Shown here piece by piece: positions 59,147 to 64,000 of a stretch of DNA of 64,000 nucleotides. The notes beneath the pieces are model-generated. The model saw only the letters and a program-made list of their open reading frames with translations, was not told the origin of the DNA and made no database searches. Within the stretch, counting starts at the first letter, position 1. Every line of letters begins with the position of its first letter. The DNA is from Chloroflexota bacterium (GTDB lineage: Bacteria > Chloroflexota > Limnocylindria > P2-11E), in the NCBI GenBank assembly GCA_021787445.1, contig JAJYLV010000004.1, positions 17,095 through 81,094 of the forward strand, given 5' to 3'. A program made the translations under genes and the position numbers.

Positions 59147-59913
59147 CAGGCCGCTCCCCGCTCGCGTGCCACCCTGGCGAGCGCGCCGACCTCGCGCGGC
59201 GTCAGCTCCCGCCATTGGCCGGACCGGAGCCGGCCGAGCCGCAGCGCGCCGATCCGCACGCGGACGAGGCGCTCGACGCGCAGGCCGACGCTCGCGCACA
59301 TCCGCCGCAGCTGTCGCTTCCACCCCGTCCGCAGGACGACCCGGACCGTCCCGCGGCGCGCGTCGCGCTGGACGACCGTCACGCGCTCCGCCCGCGCGAT
59401 GCCCTCGTCGAGCCGCACGCCGTGCCGCAGGCGCGCCAGCGCCTCGTCGGTGAGCGCTCCCGAGACGCGCGCCTCGTACTCGCGCTCATGCCCATACCGC
59501 GGGTGAAGGACGCGCTCCGCCCACTCGCCGTCGTTCGTGAGGAGCACGAGCCCCTCCGAATCGACGTCGAGGCGGCCGACGGGGTACAGCCGCTCGCGCC
59601 CGCCGACGAGGTCCGCGACGCTGCGCCGTCCGCGCTCCGCCCGGGCGCTCGACACCACCCCGACGGGCTTGTTGAGCGCGACGTAGCGATGCCGCTCCGC
59701 TCCGCCGACGGCGACGCCGTCGACCTCGACGCGCGCGTCCGTGCCGACCTGCGTGCCGAGCTCGCTCACGACGTGGCCGTTCACCGTCACGCGGCCCGCC
59801 GCGATGAGCTCGTCGGCCCGCCGACGTGACGCGACCCCGCGCTCCGCGAGGACCTTGTTGAGGCGCGCCTCGGCGCGCCGACGAGGAGCACGGCCCCGCG
59901 GCGGCGGCGTCAC
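59146..59913 (-). CDS. rluB: RNA pseudouridine synthase (RsuA/RluB family) with S4 domain
   Basis: S4 domain (RLNKVLAERGVASRRRADELI) plus catalytic GRLDVDSEGL. GTG overlaps the scpB stop (GTGA). Confidence 0.85.
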   Translation of the reverse strand: MTPPPRGRAPRRRAEARLNKVLAERGVASRRRADELIAAGRVTVNGHVVSELGTQVGTDARVEVDGVAVGGAERHRYVALNKPVGVVSSARAERGRRSVADLVGGRERLYPVGRLDVDSEGLVLLTNDGEWAERVLHPRYGHEREYEARVSGALTDEALARLRHGVRLDEGIARAERVTVVQRDARRGTVRVVLRTGWKRQLRRMCASVGLRVERLVRVRIGALRLGRLRSGQWRELTPREVGALARVARERGAA

Positions 59914-60461
59914 GCCGGCGCGCCGGGCGCGTCCTCGGGCAGCGCGGTCACCACACCCTCGGGCGTCATGACGGTCGGCAGCCGATCGAGGCTCGCCAGC
60001 CCGAAGCACTCGAGGAACTCCCACGTCGTGCCGTAGAGGATCGGTCGCCCCGGCGTCTCCTTCCGCCCGCGCTCCTCGATGAGGCGCCGCGACATGAGCG
60101 TGTAGATCGTCTGATCGCAGTTGACGCCGCGGATGGCCTCGACCTCGGCGCGCGTGATCGGCTGGCGGTACGCGATGACCGCCAGCGTCTCGAGCGAGGC
60201 CGGCGACACGCGCAGGCGGTCGGCGCCGAGGTACGTGGCGACGAACGAGGACATCTCCGGCGCCGTAACGATCTGCCATTCGTCGTCGCCGTGCTGCAGG
60301 CGCAGTCCGGATCCCTCATAGGCGGACGCGAGCTCGGCGAGCGCCGCGTCGAGCTGCCGCGGCGTGCAGCCGACGATCCGCGCGAGCTCGGAACGCGGGA
60401 CCGGCTTCTCCGCGACGAAGAGGACCGCCTCCGCCCTATTCGCCAGGTCGCTCCTCGGCAT
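59910..60461 (-). CDS. scpB: segregation and condensation protein B
   Basis: Tandem winged-helix ScpB (AEAVLFVAEKPV...IAYRQPITRAEVE). Confidence 0.85.
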   Translation of the reverse strand: MPRSDLANRAEAVLFVAEKPVPRSELARIVGCTPRQLDAALAELASAYEGSGLRLQHGDDEWQIVTAPEMSSFVATYLGADRLRVSPASLETLAVIAYRQPITRAEVEAIRGVNCDQTIYTLMSRRLIEERGRKETPGRPILYGTTWEFLECFGLASLDRLPTVMTPEGVVTALPEDAPGAPA

Positions 60462-61209
60462 CGCGCGCCACCTCCTTCCTCCGGATGCGGATCTCTCCGT
60501 ACAGCTCGTCCTGGTCGAGGTCGATGACCAGACGCCGGTAGAGGTCCAGCAGCGCTATGAACGTCACGATCGCGAACGCGAGCGTCGGGTCGTCACCGAG
60601 GAGCGTAGCGAAGGTGACGGACCCCTCGCGCGTGACGGTCTCCTCGATCTCGCGCGTGCGCTGCTGCACCGAGTAGCGCTCCGGCGGGACCGTGACCTCC
60701 TCTCGCCGCTTGTGCAGCGCGATCTGGAGGACGCGCGACCACGCCGCGGCGAGAGCGTCGCTGTCGCCGCCCCTCGGCGGCAGCTCGACGGTCCCACCTT
60801 CGCGGTGGAACGCCCGCTCCCCCGCGCGCAGCCGCTCGCCGAGGACCGCCGCGCGCTCCTTGACCGCCGCGTACTCGATGAGGCGCGCGCGGAGCTCCTC
60901 CTCGCTGACCTCCTCATCCTCCTCCGCGACCGGGTCGAGGGACGGGAGCAGGCTGCGCGCCTTGAGGAGCACGAGGCGCGAGGCGAGCCACAGGAAAGCC
61001 GCGGCCTCCCCGGCCGGCAGCTGGCCGAGGGCGCGCACGCGCGCGAGGTACTCGCCGGCGAGGTCGCCGAGGCGGACGCTGAGGATGTCGAGCTTCTTCT
61101 CCTCGACGAGCTCGAGGAGGAGGTCGAGCGGCCCCTCGAACCCCTCGACCGTGACGTGAGGGAGCCGGACGCCGATGACGCGGGGCGCGTCCTCGCCGCC
61201 GAGCGTCAC
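60436..61209 (-). CDS. scpA: segregation and condensation protein A
   Basis: ScpA kleisin N-terminus (FEGPLDLLLELVEEKKLDI) and C-terminus. GTG overlaps the upstream stop. Confidence 0.85.
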   Translation of the reverse strand: MTLGGEDAPRVIGVRLPHVTVEGFEGPLDLLLELVEEKKLDILSVRLGDLAGEYLARVRALGQLPAGEAAAFLWLASRLVLLKARSLLPSLDPVAEEDEEVSEEELRARLIEYAAVKERAAVLGERLRAGERAFHREGGTVELPPRGGDSDALAAAWSRVLQIALHKRREEVTVPPERYSVQQRTREIEETVTREGSVTFATLLGDDPTLAFAIVTFIALLDLYRRLVIDLDQDELYGEIRIRRKEVARDAEERPGE

Positions 61210-61610
61210 GGCAGGGCCGCGCGGTCCGCGTCGTGGAGCGCGCGCTCGTCCGCCGTGCGTGGACGGTCGTGGTGGCGCGCGATGAGGCGCGCCACACGGT
61301 CCGGCGCGCCGCGCCGCCGCGCCTCCTCGGCGCCGCGCCGAGCGTGGTCGAGGTACCGCGCGAGCACGCCGTCGCCCCCGGCGAGGCGGCGCCGCAGGAC
61401 GGGGAGCGGCTCGAGGAGGACGCCGGCGACGCGGTGCCAGAGGCGCGTCTCCGCGGGCTTCGCCACGTCGTGGAGCAGGCCCGCGAGGACGAGCTCGGCG
61501 TCCGCGCCACGGGCGCGCAGGATCTCGGCCGTTCGCGCGGCGTGCCGCTCGTCGGCGCCGCGCCCGCGCGCGTAGCGGCGCGTCTGCTCGACGCGGTGCC
61601 ACACCTCCAT
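61206..61610 (-). CDS. HD-domain phosphohydrolase-like protein
   Basis: HD motif (LLHDVAKP) about 134 aa from the internal Met (MEVWH). ATG overlaps the stop of the S2P gene (ATGA). The upstream 51-aa extension is discounted. Confidence 0.65.
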   Translation of the reverse strand: MEVWHRVEQTRRYARGRGADERHAARTAEILRARGADAELVLAGLLHDVAKPAETRLWHRVAGVLLEPLPVLRRRLAGGDGVLARYLDHARRGAEEARRRGAPDRVARLIARHHDRPRTADERALHDADRAALP

Positions 61611-62359
61611 CACGGGAGCCCGCCGCCGATGAAGAACGACGCGATCGCCTGCCCCGGACGCACGACGAGCGGCGTGATGACGTCGACGCCGAGGTACGGC
61701 AGGAAGAAGAGGATCGCCAGCAGGATCACGAGCCCGTACTGCTGGTACGAGCGCCACGTCCACGCCTCTCGCGGCGGGAGCAGGCCGTAGACGACGTTCG
61801 ATCCGTCGAGCGGCGGCACCGGCAGAAGGTTGAAGACGCCGAGCAGGCAGTTGATCTCCACGATCGTGAGAAGGATGCGTTCGTAGTCGGTCCCGAGCGC
61901 GGCGCCCGCTCCGAAGCGCAGCGGGATCGCGGCCACCGCCGCGAGCACGAAGTTCGTGAGCGGCCCGGCCAGCGAGACCAGCGCCATGCCGAGCCGGCCC
62001 GGCGAGAGGCGGGACTCGTTGACCGGGACGGGCTTGCCGTACCCGAAGCCAAGGAAGACGATGAGCAGCGATCCCCAGAGATCGAAGTGCGCGCGGGGAT
62101 CGAGCGTCATGCGTCCGAGGAGGCGGCCCGTGTCGTCGCCGAAGCGGTGCGCCGTGTAGGCGTGCATGAACTCGTGAACGGTGACCCCCAGCACGATGGC
62201 GATGAGGAAGGCCGCGAAGCCCACGGGGTCGCTCGACGCGTTCCGGATCGGCGACGCGACGCCGCCGACGAGGAACGCGTAGGCGAGGAAGAGGAGAACG
62301 AGCCAGGGAAGCGCGTTGCCCCCACCGAACGGGCCGCCCCGGCTGCCGCGCGCGACCAC
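61610..62359 (-). CDS. site-2 protease family (M50) membrane metalloprotease
   Basis: HEFMHAYTA HExxH motif, polytopic membrane protein, LDG motif. Confidence 0.85.
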   Translation of the reverse strand: MVARGSRGGPFGGGNALPWLVLLFLAYAFLVGGVASPIRNASSDPVGFAAFLIAIVLGVTVHEFMHAYTAHRFGDDTGRLLGRMTLDPRAHFDLWGSLLIVFLGFGYGKPVPVNESRLSPGRLGMALVSLAGPLTNFVLAAVAAIPLRFGAGAALGTDYERILLTIVEINCLLGVFNLLPVPPLDGSNVVYGLLPPREAWTWRSYQQYGLVILLAILFFLPYLGVDVITPLVVRPGQAIASFFIGGGLP

Positions 62360-62396
62360 TCTCCGTCTCAGTCTAGGGAGATGAGGCGGACGATCT

Positions 62397-63707
62397 TCAG
62401 CGGGACGTCACGCGACCGAGGATGAGCCGCGGGCGCGCGACCCGGGCGCGCCTCCAGGCGAAGGCGCGTCGGACGAGCTCGATCGCGTCCGCATCGCCGG
62501 GGCGCCCGTCGCGGTGGACCTCGGCGTAGACCTCGCCCTTCGCCACGCGGTCGCCGACCGTCGCGCGGAGCACGACCCCCGTCGCGTGGTCGATCGGCTC
62601 GCCCTTCTTCTCGCGGCCCGCACCGAGCCGGACGGACGCGAGCCCGACCGCGGCCGCGTCGAGGCGCGCGACGTACGCCGTGCGTTCGGCGCGCAGCTCC
62701 TCCACGTCGCGCGCGCGCGGCAGCCGCGTCGGGTCGTCCACCTGTGTCGCGTCGCCTCCCTGCGCCTCCACCAGCTGGCGCAGCTTCGCGAGGCCACGAC
62801 CGTCGGCGATCGCGCTCTCGAGCATCGCGCGGGCCTTCTCGCGCGTCCGCGCGCGACGCCCGTAGACGAGCATCTCGGCACCCGCGGCCAGCGCGACCTC
62901 CCGGAGGTCTCGCGGACCCTCGCCGCGCAGGGTCTCGATGGCCTCCGCGGCCTCCAGTGCGTTCCCGACCGCGCGCCCCAGCGGCGCGTCCATCGACGTC
63001 AGCTCCGCCGTCACCTCGAGGCCGTGCGCCTTCCCGATAGCGACCATGAGCCGCGCCAGCTCCCTCGCGCGCGCGGGCGTCCGCATGAACGCGCCGGCGC
63101 CCACCTTGACGTCGAGGACGACGGCCCGAGCGCCGGCGGCGATCTTCTTCGACATGATGCTCGAGGCGATGAGCGGGATCGACGGGACCGTCCCCGTCTG
63201 ATCGCGCAGCGCGTACATGAGGCCGTCCGCGGGCGCGAGCTCCGCGGTCTGCCCCGTCACCACGATGCCGATGCGCCCGAGCTGCGCCAGGAACTCCGCG
63301 GTCGAGAGGTCGACGCGGTAGCCGGCGAAGGACTCGAGCTTGTCGAGGGTGCCGCCGGTGATCCCGAGCCCCCGGCCGCTCATCTTCGCGACGGGCGCGC
63401 CGCACGCGGCGACGAGCGGCGCGACGACGAGCGTCACCTTGTCGCCGATCCCGCCCGTGGAGTGCTTGTCCACGACGCGCCCGAAGCGCGAGAGATCGAG
63501 GCGCTCGCCCGACCGCACCATCGCGTCGGTCAGCAGCGCGGTCTCCTCGTCGTCCATCCCGCGCCACACGACGGCCATGAGGAACGCGGCCATCTGGCCG
63601 TCGGGGACATCGCACCTCGTGAAGCCGAGGACGATGCTGTCGATCTCGTCCTTCGAGAGCTTCGCGCCGTCGCGCTTGCGCTCGATGATCTCGACGACGC
63701 GCATCAC
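62397..63707 (-). CDS. deoA: pyrimidine-nucleoside (thymidine) phosphorylase
   Basis: DKHSTGGIGDK and TGGTLDKLE signatures, 436 aa. Confidence 0.9.
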   Translation of the reverse strand: MMRVVEIIERKRDGAKLSKDEIDSIVLGFTRCDVPDGQMAAFLMAVVWRGMDDEETALLTDAMVRSGERLDLSRFGRVVDKHSTGGIGDKVTLVVAPLVAACGAPVAKMSGRGLGITGGTLDKLESFAGYRVDLSTAEFLAQLGRIGIVVTGQTAELAPADGLMYALRDQTGTVPSIPLIASSIMSKKIAAGARAVVLDVKVGAGAFMRTPARARELARLMVAIGKAHGLEVTAELTSMDAPLGRAVGNALEAAEAIETLRGEGPRDLREVALAAGAEMLVYGRRARTREKARAMLESAIADGRGLAKLRQLVEAQGGDATQVDDPTRLPRARDVEELRAERTAYVARLDAAAVGLASVRLGAGREKKGEPIDHATGVVLRATVGDRVAKGEVYAEVHRDGRPGDADAIELVRRAFAWRRARVARPRLILGRVTSR

Positions 63708-63755
63708 GGGTGGCGATAGCCGCGCAGCCGGGTGCGTCGCCGCCCGAGCGCTGCG

Positions 63756-64000
63756 CTAGAGACGGGCGACGACACCTTCGATCACCTTCGCGAGCCGCTT
63801 CCCCGCACGCTCCGCCACCTCGAGCACGGCATCCGAGCTGACATGCTCGATCTGCCCGGGGATACCCGTCGCCATGTCCGTCACCGTCGCGATCGCCAGG
63901 ATGCGCATGCCCAGCTGGCGCGCGACGAGGATCTCGGGCACGGTGCTCATCCCCACCGCGTCGCCGCCGAACCCGCGCAGCATGCGCAGCTCGGCCGGCG
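63756..64000 (-). CDS. punA: purine nucleoside phosphorylase (PNP/PunA family), 3' part only; gene continues beyond the window
   Basis: C-terminal GMSTVPEILVARQLGMRILAIATVTDMA. The frame is open to the window edge. Confidence 0.75.
   Translation of the reverse strand, partial: PAELRMLRGFGGDAVGMSTVPEILVARQLGMRILAIATVTDMATGIPGQIEHVSSDAVLEVAERAGKRLAKVIEGVVARL

Noticed and set aside
1-64000. CRISPR arrays, rRNA genes, insertion sequences, integrases, prophage genes, large direct repeats
   Set aside because: Looked for regularly spaced repeats, rRNA-like conserved stretches and transposase/integrase-like ORFs. None found. The only mobile-element-like feature is the HNH gene.

Overview
Very high-GC (about 70-72%) bacterial chromosomal segment, most likely Actinobacteria-like (inferred from gene content and the frequent GTG/TTG starts and 1-4 nt start/stop overlaps). 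It is almost entirely coding and most genes are on the minus strand. Housekeeping content: tyrS, a class A PBP, mutS2, mpg, a peptide-type ABC importer (SBP plus two permeases, no ATPase gene in the operon), the conserved thrS-(GNAT)-infC-rpmI-rplT-pheS-pheT block, gpsA-plsY-der-ispH-plsC-cmk-rluB-scpB-scpA, an HD protein, an S2P protease, deoA and a partial punA, folE, four tRNAs, two ABC exporters, an MFS transporter and a DUF881 pair. Observations that do not look routine: (1) an AhpE-like peroxiredoxin whose peroxidatic Cys codon is an in-frame TGA followed by a GC-rich hairpin, i.e. a candidate selenoprotein with a bacterial SECIS element; (2) an operon encoding a ThiS/MoaD-like beta-grasp domain ending in GlyGly fused in frame to a family III CoA-transferase, together with a PfkB kinase, a second free-standing MoaD-like protein ending GlyGly-Asp and a BNR/Asp-box protein, with a divergent Lon N-domain protein; (3) a membrane-arm-less complex-I-like module (nuoB, nuoD, a chimeric nuoI/nuoE-like ORF, nuoF, and a NuoG-N-terminus::GltD::ferredoxin fusion) next to a MidA/NDUFAF7-family methyltransferase; (4) a T-box-like leader with an ACC (Thr) specifier upstream of thrS; (5) a lower-GC HNH endonuclease gene next to tRNA-Arg and tRNA-Pro; (6) a 19-aa Lys-rich mini-ORF with a strong SD downstream of a BldC-like HTH gene. 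All coordinates were worked out by hand from the ORF track and may be off by 1-3 nt. No rRNA, CRISPR array, integrase or transposase was recognised.
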